From positions 3,712,001 to 3,776,000 of the forward strand of contig CAVQMM010000001.1 of NCBI GenBank assembly GCA_963713615.1: 64,000 nucleotides of DNA. Direction: 5' to 3'. This DNA comes from an uncultured Chlamydiae bacterium (GTDB lineage Bacteria; Chlamydiota; Chlamydiia; Chlamydiales; JAJFMA01). The translations under genes were made by a program, and so were the position numbers. Under the pieces are notes generated by a model. The model ran no database searches. It had not been told where the DNA came from and saw nothing but the letters and a program-made list of their open reading frames with translations. Each line of letters opens with the position of its first letter. The first letter of the stretch is position 1. Below, in pieces: positions 40,916-52,262 of the stretch.

Positions 40916-41348
40916 GGAGAAAACTTAGAACCTCGCGGAATTACGAAAAAGATGGCTTCAATTGACGCTTACCTTGCGACCGCTTTTCGTTCCTTGGGAC
41001 GGCAATGCTAAACGGCATTGTATGGATTCGTCGAAGGCTGCATGTACTAACTATTTTACCCTTAGGGAATTATAGTGATGCCGTTGCACACGACCGTCGC
41101 AAGGAACCCAAAGCGGTCGCAAGCGACCGCACTCCAAAGCGCTGCGCGCCGAGATACGATTGTTAGGCTTAGGTTGATGCCTATGGGGCATCGCCCTGGT
41201 ATATGCCAGGAAGGGATTTCGCAGTCTGAAAGACTGCCATAAGGCGCTTGCATAAATAGCGTGTGAATACAGACGTCTTGTAGCAGTCCTTTATGTCTTT
41301 TATGTCCCTTTGGTCCTTTAGTCCATCCGCGTTAAAAGTTTTCACGAA

Positions 41349-44300
41349 CTAATCGCTGATAAAGACGAATTCCTCGCGGGCGAGCTTATGATAGTGCTCC
41401 GAGAGCGTGCGCTGTCCTCCACAATAATAGTAGAGGCTAAGTTGGCGATACAGCTGCCTGTGTTCCCACATAAAGGCTTTGGGAAACCAACGATCTCCCT
41501 CGGCGATATTGCCGGTTAGGAAGTGGCTGGTCAGGGCCCAGATACGTGGATAGGGAGCATCTAAAACCCCGGAGAAGTGAATTTCGGCGATTTCATGTCC
41601 CTCCGAAGCATTTAACCAACAGCCATATAGAAAGTATAGGGGAGTCTTTTCGCTACTCAGCAGGGCCATAGGGTAATTGCGCAACATCTCCCCAGCCAGG
41701 GCCCAGTGGCTGGTCTGGAGCTCTGCCCAGATGTGATAGCTATGAATGAGTAAGCGGTCCTTGGGTGAAATCTGTAACTCATTGAGTGCCTTGGCTAACT
41801 CAATGGTGAGCTCAGGGCTTCCGCGATCGAGTGCTTCTTCCATTAGGTAGCTTACCAGGCGCATATCCTGAGACCGCAAGCTTGCCCGCTCCAGTGCGCG
41901 AAAGCGTGCTATGCCATCGGCTACAGAATGTTCGCGGACCGCTACGGCGATTTGTATCAGCTCTAGCACTTCCTCAAGGCCCTCGTACTTCTCACGTTCC
42001 AAGGTGCTCTTCATGTGCTGGATTTTGTTTTTAGCGAGCTGCCATGATCCCAATTCTACAATGCTAAACAAGACGTTGCCAGCGGCGATGGCATCGGGGA
42101 TAGGATCGGAGGCAATCTCCTCCAGGATTTCTACCAGCACATATGGTTTGGCTAGCCAGAACGCCAAGGAAATGGCTAAGTAGCGGTTTTTTGTATGTTC
42201 ACAGGGAGCCCCTGCTGGACAGGGTTCTAGGAAAGGCAATGGCTCCCAATGCGTTTGAAGGTTTTCGAAGAGCTTCTGTGCGTTGGGGGTACTAGCAATG
42301 TCGGGTAAGTAGCGGATCACCAACAGCGCAAAATTATAGGTGGCTTTGCGGTGGCGCCGTGAGCTTTCATGCAGACGATGGGCGATATGTTCTTGAATGA
42401 CATAGAGCAGAGGATGCTGTGGATAGCGCCTGAGCGTTAACTCAAAACACTTGATTTCCTCTTCATAATCCCCTTGAGCTTGATATACCAGAGCTTTACC
42501 CAGGTACTCCAATGGCGCTCCTGGTGTGGCGTGAAGCTTGGCAAACTCCTCCAATGCGAGTTCATAGAATTCTATGGCTTTAGTCTCTTCGCCACACAAC
42601 CTTGCCTGTTCTAATAATGTTATACCTGCTCGAAACATGGCCTCACGGCCTTCAGCTCTGCCAGGAAAAGAGTATCCAATACGACGGTATTCCGTCAGAG
42701 CTGTTTGGTAATCTTTGTGCGCTAAAAAGGCATCAGGTACCGCTAGGCAGTTGAGCGTTAGGTTATGACTGCCGCCAGAGATTTTGAAATCTTTTATAGT
42801 GAAATCTACGTCGCGGCTTAAAAGGCCTATGTGTGTTCCCGCCAATGGAAGATGACTAATAAAAGACAGTTGTAGCTGATCATCTAGATAGAAATGTATA
42901 TTATCGTCGATCTTCTCGATGCGCACGCGATAGGGCGTTCCAGGCTTCAGAAAGGTGTCTGGAGAGCGCATGACTTCAACATTAGACCTCAAGAGCTTGG
43001 TGTCGGGGTCTTTTGGCGATCCTATCCACAAGCAGTAACCATCGATGAGATGCCTCCTCTCTGGTGGCTCGGGGACATTCATCAGGAAGCCTAACCCGGA
43101 GGACCCCTCTTCAAGAGTCACTATCCCTTCAAGGCACAGATTTTGCGGGAAGGACGACCGAGAGATCATAAGACTAAACCAGTCCGAGACCTCAGTATTA
43201 CGGGTGATTTCGACATGCTCAGCAATAAGCACATTTTCCTGGAATTCCCAATCCTCTTTCGTATTAAGATCTAGCGTAGCTAGAGGAAACCACTCTGAAC
43301 GGCCCTCTAGATAGATTTCAAGATCACGGATGAGTTCTTCAAGGTTCTGGTAGCGGTCTTCTGGGTGCGCCGCCAGGCACTTATAGGCAACCTGTGACAA
43401 GGCTGGCGGAACCTCCCGATAAGGAGCTACCTCAGAAGGTTCGAGAAGACGCTCCTTGGCAGCATTCTGGCGAAAATCTTTCAGTGACTCTCGACGAAAG
43501 GGTAGGTGCAATGTCAGAAGCTGATACAGAGTAACTCCCAGAGCGTAGATGTCTGTCTGGATCGATGCCGGCTGTCCAAAGGCTCGTTCAGGAGCCATGT
43601 AGGCAATCGTACCGACGACTTTACCCAGGTTGGTGAGGTGGCGCATGGGGTTGGCTTCGGTGGTCGCTGCAGTAGCTTCTCCTATGACTTCTTCGGGATC
43701 AGGAGGGGACTCCAAGAGCTTTGCCAGGCCCCAATCGAGAATGAGCACTTCGCCATAACGTCCGACCATCACATTTTCTGGCTTGAGATCGCGGTGCAGA
43801 ACACCTTTGGCATGAGCATAGGCGACTGCCTGGCAGACGGTGATAAAGATACGGACCAACGCCGGAATTGACGCCCCAATATGATGTAGAGGCTCGCCAC
43901 GCTTTTCCTGCTGACGCGTCTTTCTCAGGATCTGCTTTAGAGATTCCCCTTCCACATAAGGCATTGTATAGTAGAGCAGCTCATCGGATGCATGAATCGC
44001 ATAAATAGGAATAATGGCTGGGTGTGTCAACTGCCCTGTAATGCGCGCTTCCTTCAGAAATCGATTGTGAAGCTGTTGTCGTTCTCCAAGATCGCCACGG
44101 ATGCGCTTTAAGGCGATGCGTCGGCCGCAGGTGGTATCATAAGCTAGGAACACCTCTCCCATGCCCCCTTTACCGATGCTGGACAGAATCAAGTAAGGGC
44201 CAATGGAAAACTGCACCTCGTCTTTTTCGGGAACATGCCCTTTTACAATAGCTATAGGAGCTTCGGCTCCCCACTGAGAAACCTCTCCAGGTGCCGATGG

Positions 44301-44474
44301 TGAAGAGCTTTCCATCGTTACCGTTTTGTCTGTCGCTAGGCCCAGCGGGGCTCCGCAATAGAGGCAGAAATTTAGTGGACGGTCCAATTCGGTAAGTGTA
44401 GGCAGACGTGCATGGCATGAAGGACATACCCGTAGCGGCATTGACGAAGGAGTTGTACCCTGTGGTTCTTTCAT
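41349..44474 (-). CDS. pknD: Hanks-type Ser/Thr protein kinase PknD
   Basis: IGKGGMGEV, ALKRIR, HRDLKPEN, DWG and YMAPE motifs, an N-terminal CxxC pair, a helical C-terminus, and chlamydial valS/uvrA context. Confidence 0.9.
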   Translation of the reverse strand: MKEPQGTTPSSMPLRVCPSCHARLPTLTELDRPLNFCLYCGAPLGLATDKTVTMESSSPSAPGEVSQWGAEAPIAIVKGHVPEKDEVQFSIGPYLILSSIGKGGMGEVFLAYDTTCGRRIALKRIRGDLGERQQLHNRFLKEARITGQLTHPAIIPIYAIHASDELLYYTMPYVEGESLKQILRKTRQQEKRGEPLHHIGASIPALVRIFITVCQAVAYAHAKGVLHRDLKPENVMVGRYGEVLILDWGLAKLLESPPDPEEVIGEATAATTEANPMRHLTNLGKVVGTIAYMAPERAFGQPASIQTDIYALGVTLYQLLTLHLPFRRESLKDFRQNAAKERLLEPSEVAPYREVPPALSQVAYKCLAAHPEDRYQNLEELIRDLEIYLEGRSEWFPLATLDLNTKEDWEFQENVLIAEHVEITRNTEVSDWFSLMISRSSFPQNLCLEGIVTLEEGSSGLGFLMNVPEPPERRHLIDGYCLWIGSPKDPDTKLLRSNVEVMRSPDTFLKPGTPYRVRIEKIDDNIHFYLDDQLQLSFISHLPLAGTHIGLLSRDVDFTIKDFKISGGSHNLTLNCLAVPDAFLAHKDYQTALTEYRRIGYSFPGRAEGREAMFRAGITLLEQARLCGEETKAIEFYELALEEFAKLHATPGAPLEYLGKALVYQAQGDYEEEIKCFELTLRRYPQHPLLYVIQEHIAHRLHESSRRHRKATYNFALLVIRYLPDIASTPNAQKLFENLQTHWEPLPFLEPCPAGAPCEHTKNRYLAISLAFWLAKPYVLVEILEEIASDPIPDAIAAGNVLFSIVELGSWQLAKNKIQHMKSTLEREKYEGLEEVLELIQIAVAVREHSVADGIARFRALERASLRSQDMRLVSYLMEEALDRGSPELTIELAKALNELQISPKDRLLIHSYHIWAELQTSHWALAGEMLRNYPMALLSSEKTPLYFLYGCWLNASEGHEIAEIHFSGVLDAPYPRIWALTSHFLTGNIAEGDRWFPKAFMWEHRQLYRQLSLYYYCGGQRTLSEHYHKLAREEFVFISD

Positions 44475-44722
44475 AAAGCTCAAATTAGCATTATAGGTGG
44501 CACGGATTATTGTATGAAGCCGCATAAATGTGAAGAATATTATACAGAATGTTGCGATCGAACCTCAGATTGCTAGAGGTGTCCTATTCCGTCAAGCAAT
44601 TAGAGACTATATACCGCGCATGGTACAACAAAACTTTGACCTTCGTTTGCATCTCGTGTACCATGGCGCCCCAAAAACAGAAACTAGAGATTCGCTGAAC
44701 TAGTACAACTAGGAGAGTAACG

Positions 44723-45472
44723 ATGGCCATAACACTATTTTCTACAGGGCGATTGACTGCCCATAACCAAGTTTCTTGGAATACTCAAGGAGTTGTAGAA
44801 GGCATCAATCTAAATACACAACCCCATACTGAGAGGATGGGAGAGATGAGGTCACGTGTCCTAGCCGTTGCTTTACCAGCTGTAGAGGCATGGGATGGAA
44901 TCGGCTTTTCAGGGCGAGCGATTCAAGATTTTTCGGCTTATGCCCTGGCTACTGGCATGCGCATGATCGGGGCTACCGACGCAATCACCATGGGTATTCA
45001 TTTGGAAGCCAAGCATGTGATTCAGGCTTTTAAGCACTTTTTTGCAGCTATAATCACCACTGTCGCCATCATTGTGCCGGTCATTTTAGTGTATCCTAAG
45101 ATAGCCATCTGGATTCATGATGGCTTGGGTGTAGGTGCTCAAAAGGCGGATGATATTCGGGGACGCCTCCTTCCATGGCTGCATATTGCCAAGCAGAAGT
45201 GCCTTGAGGCTGGCCGTATCTGTGATTTTAGAGGTGTGAAAGAAAACACTAAGTTATTGATAGCGGCTTTGACAATACTGGGAGCGGTTGCAACGATAGT
45301 CTATCGGCCTACGATCGTAAAACAAGATTACATATACACGAACAATTTGTGCGAACCATGTGAAGATCAGGAGTTTATTCGTTGGTTATGCGAGTTCACT
45401 ATTGGTTTTGGAATACTAGCAATTTTTTGTTGCGGTGGCTCGGCTATCTCAAATTTGATTAGAGCGAGGTAA
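44723..45472 (+). CDS. Hypothetical membrane protein
   Basis: 249 aa with three hydrophobic segments and an AGGAG RBS. Confidence 0.7.
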   Translation: MAITLFSTGRLTAHNQVSWNTQGVVEGINLNTQPHTERMGEMRSRVLAVALPAVEAWDGIGFSGRAIQDFSAYALATGMRMIGATDAITMGIHLEAKHVIQAFKHFFAAIITTVAIIVPVILVYPKIAIWIHDGLGVGAQKADDIRGRLLPWLHIAKQKCLEAGRICDFRGVKENTKLLIAALTILGAVATIVYRPTIVKQDYIYTNNLCEPCEDQEFIRWLCEFTIGFGILAIFCCGGSAISNLIRAR

Positions 45473-45571
45473 CACACGCACTTCGGAGTAACTCTTGACT
45501 ATCACACCTTCTAATCGTAAGATCAAATGCTTTAAAAAATACCTATACGCTATATATGCGAGGCTCTATCC

Positions 45572-46255
45572 ATGGTCACCGCTCTGACAGCTACCTCTAA
45601 TCCGACATCAGATACTTCTAATAGCAGCAGTAGCATCACTTCTTCGCGACCGACCAGTCGGTCATCTACTTCATTAAAGAGATCTAGTACGAGCATGGTC
45701 GCCGAACGAATGATTCCCCCAGTAGCTACTTCCAGCGGAAACAGGCTGTCACAGTGCTTAGGCTCGATCATGGTGTCAACTTTGGTATTTGCGCCTACTT
45801 TGATTGCTATTGATGCTCTGAGCCTATATGGAAAAGAATCGTCGGAGCTCTTTGGTGTGGTCGATTTGCTTTTGCCTGAACCAGGATGGCGACTGGCCTG
45901 GACAGCTCTCGCTTTCGCTGCAGCCTATCAACTTCCCAAAGTACGCAAGTACATTTTAGTGGGTTGGTTGATTGATCATGTGTTGGCACTTACTCCTGTG
46001 GAGGGCCTTCTCCCAGTGACCCAACTCACTTTAACTCATGCCGTAGACATCTACCGCGAGATTCCCCCATGGGGCTTCAGACTAGCGCGGTACATTAGCG
46101 TGTCTTCTATGGCTCTCCTACTGGTTTCGAATTTCTTCGGTGCAATTCGGCCTGCCTTCAATTGCACTCAAAGAATGGTTCTCTATGTTGGCAGGCCTAT
46201 TGTCAATGTGACCGCCCTTTTGTTCAGGTTTTTTCAGATTATAAGGAATTTGTGA
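45572..46255 (+). CDS. Hypothetical membrane protein with a Ser/Thr-rich N-terminus
   Basis: Low-complexity N-terminus followed by multiple TM-like segments. Confidence 0.7.
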   Translation: MVTALTATSNPTSDTSNSSSSITSSRPTSRSSTSLKRSSTSMVAERMIPPVATSSGNRLSQCLGSIMVSTLVFAPTLIAIDALSLYGKESSELFGVVDLLLPEPGWRLAWTALAFAAAYQLPKVRKYILVGWLIDHVLALTPVEGLLPVTQLTLTHAVDIYREIPPWGFRLARYISVSSMALLLVSNFFGAIRPAFNCTQRMVLYVGRPIVNVTALLFRFFQIIRNL

Positions 46256-46275
46256 GAAAGAATCGCTCCTCAGGA

Positions 46276-48240
46276 CTAGCGTCGATGGATTTCCCATTCC
46301 TCATCGGATGCAGGAGATTCTTTGTCGCCCCCTAAATGTTCAGCTAGAAAGTACTCTACGGCGGCATAGAAGCGTTTCTTGTTCTCCGGGCGTTGGAAAC
46401 CGTGTCCTTCATCTTCAAAGACTAAATATTCCACAGGCTTCTGGTGTTCGCGCATGGCAGCGACAATCTGGTCGCTTTCGCTTTTTTTCACTCTTGGATC
46501 GTTAGCGCCTTGAGCAATCAGGAGTGGTCTGGTGATATGATGCGCTTTAAACAAGGGCGAGCGTTCTTTTAGAAACTCTGGTTCCTCGTTGAGACTGCCC
46601 ACACGTGAGTCAAAGAGGGCTCGTCCAGCGCTCCAATAGGGAGGAATCGTCTGGAGAAGGGTGATGAGGTTTGAGGGGCCGACAACATCGATCCCACAGC
46701 AAAACTCTTCTGGAGTAAAGGCTAGGCCGGCCAAAGTGGCATATCCGCCGTAGCTGCCACCAAAGATGGCAATTTTCTTTGGATCAGCTATGCCATTATC
46801 GACGAGCCATTTTTTGCCATCGAGGATATCATCATGCATCTTGGCGCCCCATTCTTTGTTGCCAGCGTTGACAAATTCCTTGCCATATCCTGTGGACCCA
46901 CGGAAGTTGATCTGCAAGACGCCATAGCCACGGTTTGCTAGCCATTGCATGGGAGGCTGAAAATCGCCACTATCGCGGGTCCAGGGGCCTCCATGGACAT
47001 AAATAATCACCGGAAGGTTCTTGGCAGGCTTGTTGGAGGGTACACTTAGGTAGCCATGAATGTTCATGCCATCGCGAGCTTTGTACTCAATAGGCTTTTT
47101 GCCGACGAGTTTGTACTTTGCCAGTTCTGGCATGGTGGTGAACAGAAACTGAGATTTTTTGTCTGGCCGATGATACAGGTAGTACTTTGTAGGGGCTGCA
47201 TCGGAGCGCGCTGCGATGATCCATGTCTGGTCATCGAGCGAACGGCTGCTGATGCCGAAGGATGGACCTGCAAATTTTTCAATCGCTTTGACATCGGACT
47301 TCAGGGAGTCATCTAGGACAATCCAGCCATACCGTTCACGCTCTACTGAAACAACCTGAGGTAAGTGTGTGGTGGGGTGTCTCATCAGGCCCTCTACATC
47401 GTATGTAGGGTCGCTGGCCAGAGAAATCATGGCTCCGGAGACGAGGTCAAGGCTAACCAATCTTACGGTGTTATTGCCTAGACTGGTCAGGATATATAGC
47501 CCTTTATTATTAGGAGTGAAGGCTGTAGCACCGCCCAAACCTTCTTCTGGCCCCCATTTGATAAGGTCTCGCCAGGGGCTATTGATGGTATCACGGACAC
47601 GGATGACGATACCTCCATCAGGAGAAAAAGCCTGTGAAGCGCGAATCTGTAGGTTATTGTCGGCGACCCAATCGTGGATATCGCCAGGATTCTGGGTGTC
47701 GAGGACGACGGCTCCAGTATCCAGGTTGATACGGTGCACATCGAAATAGCTGCGGTCTCTGAGATTCATGGACACCAAAATCTCATTGGGTCGCGCTGGT
47801 TCATAGGCAAGGACATCTGCACGTACACCACCGAAGGGGGTGAGATCACGCGTTAGCTTGGTATTGATGTTCGTTTGGAGGAGGTGCCAGTCTTCGTTTC
47901 CATCGACGTCTTGAAGATAAACGATTGCGCTGCCATCAAATTGCCAGAAATAGGAGCGGACACCACGCTTTGTATCAGAGGTAATACGAGAGGCTTTAGC
48001 GAGATCGTTAGTAGGAGCTACATAGACATTCAGAATATCATTGCCATCGGGAGCCAGATAGGCGATCCACTTCGCATCTGGAGAAAGCTTAGGATTTGTT
48101 TTCTCTGGGTTACCAAAGAGTGTTTTGCGAGGGATGATCGCTGCAGATTCTTCCGGCCAATGCGCTTGTGTTGCGACAAATAGACCAATCACACCGAGGA
48201 CACTAATCAGAGAAACGAACCAGTTGAAGGGCTTTTTCAT
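46276..48240 (-). CDS. S9 family peptidase (dipeptidyl aminopeptidase / acylaminoacyl peptidase)
   Basis: VHGGPW, NFRGSTGYG, GGSYGG, GANDPRV and DEGHG motifs. Confidence 0.93.
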   Translation of the reverse strand: MKKPFNWFVSLISVLGVIGLFVATQAHWPEESAAIIPRKTLFGNPEKTNPKLSPDAKWIAYLAPDGNDILNVYVAPTNDLAKASRITSDTKRGVRSYFWQFDGSAIVYLQDVDGNEDWHLLQTNINTKLTRDLTPFGGVRADVLAYEPARPNEILVSMNLRDRSYFDVHRINLDTGAVVLDTQNPGDIHDWVADNNLQIRASQAFSPDGGIVIRVRDTINSPWRDLIKWGPEEGLGGATAFTPNNKGLYILTSLGNNTVRLVSLDLVSGAMISLASDPTYDVEGLMRHPTTHLPQVVSVERERYGWIVLDDSLKSDVKAIEKFAGPSFGISSRSLDDQTWIIAARSDAAPTKYYLYHRPDKKSQFLFTTMPELAKYKLVGKKPIEYKARDGMNIHGYLSVPSNKPAKNLPVIIYVHGGPWTRDSGDFQPPMQWLANRGYGVLQINFRGSTGYGKEFVNAGNKEWGAKMHDDILDGKKWLVDNGIADPKKIAIFGGSYGGYATLAGLAFTPEEFCCGIDVVGPSNLITLLQTIPPYWSAGRALFDSRVGSLNEEPEFLKERSPLFKAHHITRPLLIAQGANDPRVKKSESDQIVAAMREHQKPVEYLVFEDEGHGFQRPENKKRFYAAVEYFLAEHLGGDKESPASDEEWEIHRR

Positions 48241-48350
48241 GACAAAGCAAGGCTCCTTAATAAATGGAAAGAGTGAAGCATAACTGAATAAGATTTGGAA
48301 ACCATAAAGAAATCTTCAATATGTGGTCAAGGCTTTGTGGGCGCCATGGA

Positions 48351-48386
48351 TTAGGAGTAACACGGATGCATCCGTGTTACTCCTAA
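48351..48386. repeat. Perfect 36-bp palindrome (collapsed AACACGGATGC-family element)
   Basis: TTAGGAGTAACACGGATGCATCCGTGTTACTCCTAA. The half-site matches the sequence at ~17803-17823. Confidence 0.85.
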
Positions 48387-48474
48387 AAACAACACGAACC
48401 GTTTGCATAAGTCTTGCATCGTTGTGGCTACGGTTGTTAGACTGCAAATCGCATCTTTAACAGAGGGTTGGGTT

Positions 48475-48828
48475 ATGACAAATTTTATCGAGGTTCAGTG
48501 GACCGCCGGAAGTATTGATGAGGCGCGTATGGTATGTCGCTTTTTAGTCCAGGAGCGGCTGGTAGCCTGCGCTCAGATTATCCCTTGGATTGAATCGGTC
48601 TACATGTGGGACAACCGTTTAGAAACCTCACAAGAGAGCAAGGTGGTATTAAAAACGCGCGCTGAGAAGTTCGACCGCGTAAAAGAGGTTATTTTGTCCA
48701 ACGCCAAGTATGAAGTTCCAGAGATCACCTTCCACACCATCGAAGGTGGCAATAAGGAGTATCTCGATTGGATACAACAGTCGACTCCTGATCTGTCTAG
48801 TTACGATATTGAGAGAGCCAGCACCTGA
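48475..48828 (+). CDS. cutA: Divalent-cation tolerance protein CutA
   Basis: LVQERLVACAQI, SVYMW and YEVPEI motifs. Confidence 0.92.
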   Translation: MTNFIEVQWTAGSIDEARMVCRFLVQERLVACAQIIPWIESVYMWDNRLETSQESKVVLKTRAEKFDRVKEVILSNAKYEVPEITFHTIEGGNKEYLDWIQQSTPDLSSYDIERAST

Positions 48829-51614
48829 CCTGTTGGTGTATCGGATTTAGCAAGCTTGTCGGGGGATCCTTGGAAGATGACCGATCCTCCCAACGGCCCA
48901 CCCTCAGGGCCGAGTTCGATGAGCCAGTCACATTGTCGCAGCAGCATGAGATTGTGTTCGACAACAATCACGGAATGACCTCCATCGACTAAGCGATGGA
49001 GTATTTTCGCCAGTTTGGCCACATCGCTGAAGTGGAGACCTACGCACGGCTCATCCATGACATATAGGGTAGGACGCAGAGCGGTACGGGCGAGTTCGGC
49101 GATGAGCTTAAGACGCTGGATTTCTCCTCCTGAGAGCGTTGTGAAGCTTTGACCGAGAGTGAGATAATCGAGTCCCAACTCTTGCATTAGAGTGAGTATA
49201 TTCGCCAGCTCGGGGATATTGCGAAATTGTTCGAGGGCTTTCTCGACGGATAGATCAAGGACATCGGCTATGGAGAGCCCTTCCCATAAAACCTGCAGCG
49301 TTTCATAGTTATACCTTTTTCCCTGACAGACATCACAGATAAGGTACAGATCTGGCATGAACTCCATGTCGATACGTCTTACACCCAAGCCTTCACAGGC
49401 GTCACAGCGACCACCTTTTTTGTTCGTGGTAAATCGTGATGCCGTGTAGCCACGCGTGCGTGCCATCTTGGTCTTGGCGAAAAGCTGTCTTAGCGGTGTC
49501 ATTAGCCCTACAAACGTTGCAGGCATAGCCCGAGCCGTGATTCCGCTAGGACGCTGTGATACGATTTGCAGTCTCTCGATATTGCTCACGTCGGGCATGT
49601 GTGGGCAGTTGTCGCCACGCAACAAATAACGCTGAAGTTCGGCGGCGATGACATCGATGGCTAGCGACGATTTTCCCGATCCTGAAACGCCACAAAACCC
49701 CATGAGCGTTCCCAAGGGGATATCAACGGTGACGTTCTTAAGGTTGTGCGTGGTGGCTTTCACAACCCTTAGAGTACCGGTTCCTTTGCGTCGACGTTTT
49801 GGTTTGGGTAGGGTTCGACGGCCGGATAACCATTCGCCCGTGGGTGATGACGACGTTAACAGCTCCTGCGTTGTGCCAGAAAATACTAGCTCTCCACCAT
49901 GTATTCCAGAGCCCGGTCCGATTTCTACAATGTGGTCGGCTTGGCCAATGAGAGTAGGGTCATGCTCGACGACGACGACAGTGTTTCCAATGTCTTTAAG
50001 CCTTCCAAACACCTTGGCGAGGTGAGCAATATCCCGTCTGTGCAGCCCTCGCGATGGCTCATCAAGAACATAGAGAATTCCGCAAAGGTGCGCGCCGATT
50101 TGCGAAGCTAGAAGGACACGCTGCGCTTCGCCGTCGCTGAGGGTGCGCCCCGGGCGGCTTAGCTCAATATAGCCTAAACCGACTTCTTGGAGAAACAATA
50201 ACCGGCTGGTGATTTCAGGAATGATCTCACTGGCGATGTGCTGGGCAGGCGCTTCCAGAGTCCAGCCACCTATCTCCTTCATCAGACCATCCGCGGTGAG
50301 CGCACAGAGTTCGGCAATGTTCTTAGTTCCCACACGGCATGCCAGCGCCTCACGCTTGAGCTTAGTGCCTTGGCACCTTGGACAAGATTGCCAAGAGACA
50401 TATTCCTCAGTCTGAAAGCTTGAGCGTGCTCGTCGTTCAGCTAGGTCTTCCTCTACGATAGCCTTGAGGCCTTTCCAATGGGTATTGATGCTGCTCAGAC
50501 CTTCAGGAGTAGACACTACGGCCTTGAGCGCTTTGGAGCTGCCTCGTAGGGTATCCTCAAGTAGTGAGGCGTCGACGTCTGTGGCTAGCCACTCCTCGGA
50601 TAGACCTATAGCATGGCAGAAGGCCATCCAGATAGCCTGGTAAGGCTCTGCTGTCGCCGAAGGAAGTCTGTCTAAGAGGTCTAGAACCTGGTCATAGAGG
50701 CTTGTTTCCGGATCGTAATGAAAAGCGGTTTCCACAAACGAATCTTTGCCACCACGACCTTGACAGACCGGACAAGCCCCTCGAGCCGAGTGAAAATTAA
50801 AATCTGCAGGCTCTAGAGGAGCGAAGGACAAACCGCTTTCGGGGCATAGAAATACCTCAGTCAGGTGACGAGCGTGACCTTCTGTTCCCTCTAGAACCTT
50901 GAGGACCCCGCGGCTTAGGTCCATAGCGGTTTCTACTGATGCTCCAAGGCGTTCGCGAATACCCTCTTTCATAATGATTCGGTCTATGACAACTTCTAGA
51001 ATGTCGGCGCTATTGCTATCTGGAGGTAGAGAGTCGCCTGCTTCAAATTCCTGGTTATGTAAACGCATGCGCAGGAAACCCATTTTTTGAAGACGCTGAA
51101 TAGCATCTGACAAAGATTCCCCTTTCAATGTAATAGGAGCAATAAGCTGTAAACGACTTCCTTCTGGATAATCTTTGAGGAGCACTTCAATGATCTCTTG
51201 GCGCGTGTGCCTAATCAGGCGCTGGTTGGTGATGGGGCTATATTGAATGCCCACTCGCGCAAATAAGAGGCATAGAAAGTCATAGAGATCTGTATGTGTT
51301 GCTACCGTGCTGAGGGCAGGAAGTACGCTGCGACTTTGTTGGACAGCCAGAGTCGGTGACAGACCTTCAATAAGGTCTACATCAGGTTTGGGAAGCTGAC
51401 GAATAAGCTGTCGAGCCTGCGGAGAAAGGTATTCCAGAAATCGACGTTGCCCTTCTGCAAAGAGAGTGTCGAAGGCCAATGAGGATTTTCCTGAGCCGCT
51501 GACGCCCGTAATCACCGTAATGGCATATCGTGGGAGAAGTACGTCTATGTTTTTGAGGTTGTTTTGACGACAACCCTTCAGACGGATGAATTCGGTGGTA
51601 AGCGATTTAGACAT
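48801..51614 (-). CDS. uvrA: Excinuclease ABC subunit A (single module)
   Basis: Two [11 protein letters not shown]alker A motifs, zinc fingers, and LSDGE/LSGGE ABC signatures. Confidence 0.92.
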   Translation of the reverse strand: MSKSLTTEFIRLKGCRQNNLKNIDVLLPRYAITVITGVSGSGKSSLAFDTLFAEGQRRFLEYLSPQARQLIRQLPKPDVDLIEGLSPTLAVQQSRSVLPALSTVATHTDLYDFLCLLFARVGIQYSPITNQRLIRHTRQEIIEVLLKDYPEGSRLQLIAPITLKGESLSDAIQRLQKMGFLRMRLHNQEFEAGDSLPPDSNSADILEVVIDRIIMKEGIRERLGASVETAMDLSRGVLKVLEGTEGHARHLTEVFLCPESGLSFAPLEPADFNFHSARGACPVCQGRGGKDSFVETAFHYDPETSLYDQVLDLLDRLPSATAEPYQAIWMAFCHAIGLSEEWLATDVDASLLEDTLRGSSKALKAVVSTPEGLSSINTHWKGLKAIVEEDLAERRARSSFQTEEYVSWQSCPRCQGTKLKREALACRVGTKNIAELCALTADGLMKEIGGWTLEAPAQHIASEIIPEITSRLLFLQEVGLGYIELSRPGRTLSDGEAQRVLLASQIGAHLCGILYVLDEPSRGLHRRDIAHLAKVFGRLKDIGNTVVVVEHDPTLIGQADHIVEIGPGSGIHGGELVFSGTTQELLTSSSPTGEWLSGRRTLPKPKRRRKGTGTLRVVKATTHNLKNVTVDIPLGTLMGFCGVSGSGKSSLAIDVIAAELQRYLLRGDNCPHMPDVSNIERLQIVSQRPSGITARAMPATFVGLMTPLRQLFAKTKMARTRGYTASRFTTNKKGGRCDACEGLGVRRIDMEFMPDLYLICDVCQGKRYNYETLQVLWEGLSIADVLDLSVEKALEQFRNIPELANILTLMQELGLDYLTLGQSFTTLSGGEIQRLKLIAELARTALRPTLYVMDEPCVGLHFSDVAKLAKILHRLVDGGHSVIVVEHNLMLLRQCDWLIELGPEGGPLGGSVIFQGSPDKLAKSDTPTGQVLALSIS

Positions 51615-51631
51615 AGAAGTGTGTGTAGCTC

Positions 51632-52050
51632 TTTTAACGCAAAGGAGGGATTTCCTTTCGTTCATCACAATATTAGCAGTTGAATTAGGATTTTTACCAC
51701 AGTAGTCCATTTTTTGAAGTTCGTGGGGCTTTTTAGGATTTTACCACAGAGAACACAGAGACGCTGAGATAGGAGAGAGAGGAGAAAATGACCCGTTTAT
51801 GGAGCCTTAGACAAAATTCACTTTAAGGTCCCACAAACGGGTCAGGTGCTCGATCTAACTTTTTTGTTAAATTGAGGACCGGTCTATTCTTATGCTGTAC
51901 AAAATCCTGTCTGAGGCCTCTACAAGGTTGTATTTTCACGGAACCCTCAGACAGGATTTTGTACAGCATAAGAAATGGACATTATCTCCTCTCTCTGCTA
52001 TCGGTGTCTCTGTGTTCTCAGTGGTAAAATCCTAAAAATCCCTACGAACC
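51632..52050. repeat. Nested palindromic cluster (ACCACAGAGAACACAGAG arms around two TG...CA hairpin units)
   Basis: Arms at ~51732-51790 and ~51981-52046. Inner hairpins at 51789-51844 and ~51887-51981. Confidence 0.85.
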
Positions 52051-52262
52051 TTCCTCCTCTTTTCGTTGGCATGCCGCTTGCATTTTCATCTTATTATAAA
52101 CGGAGGTTGTCAAAAAAAAACTTTTCAGTATTGTGAGTGTTGGACCGATAGAATAAGAGGGAAGGCTCTGGCGCCGAGATGTGAAAACAGTCTTGGCAGC
52201 CGCCTTTGTTGTCTTTCGCGGTAGGTTCAATTTTTGAATATTACGGGGGATAGGGGGGTCTT

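Larger units (their letters stand above)
38678..40972 (-). mobile_element. IS66-family insertion sequence
   Basis: TIRs GTAAGCGTCAATTGAGGCCATC / GATGGCTTCAATTGACGCTTAC. 8-bp TSD CTTGCGAC at 38670-38677 and 40973-40980. Confidence 0.95.
38380..41337. repeat. Nested palindromic cluster interrupted by IS66
   Basis: Outer CGCGGATGGACTAAAGGACCAA arms at 38408 and ~41332, element B left end at 38449, and a REPIN-like unit at 38630-41163 matching 27462-27692. Confidence 0.88.

Noticed and set aside
52165..52215. Hairpin upstream of ssb as a tRNA or riboswitch
   Set aside because: It is a single stem-loop with no cloverleaf or recognisable aptamer motif.
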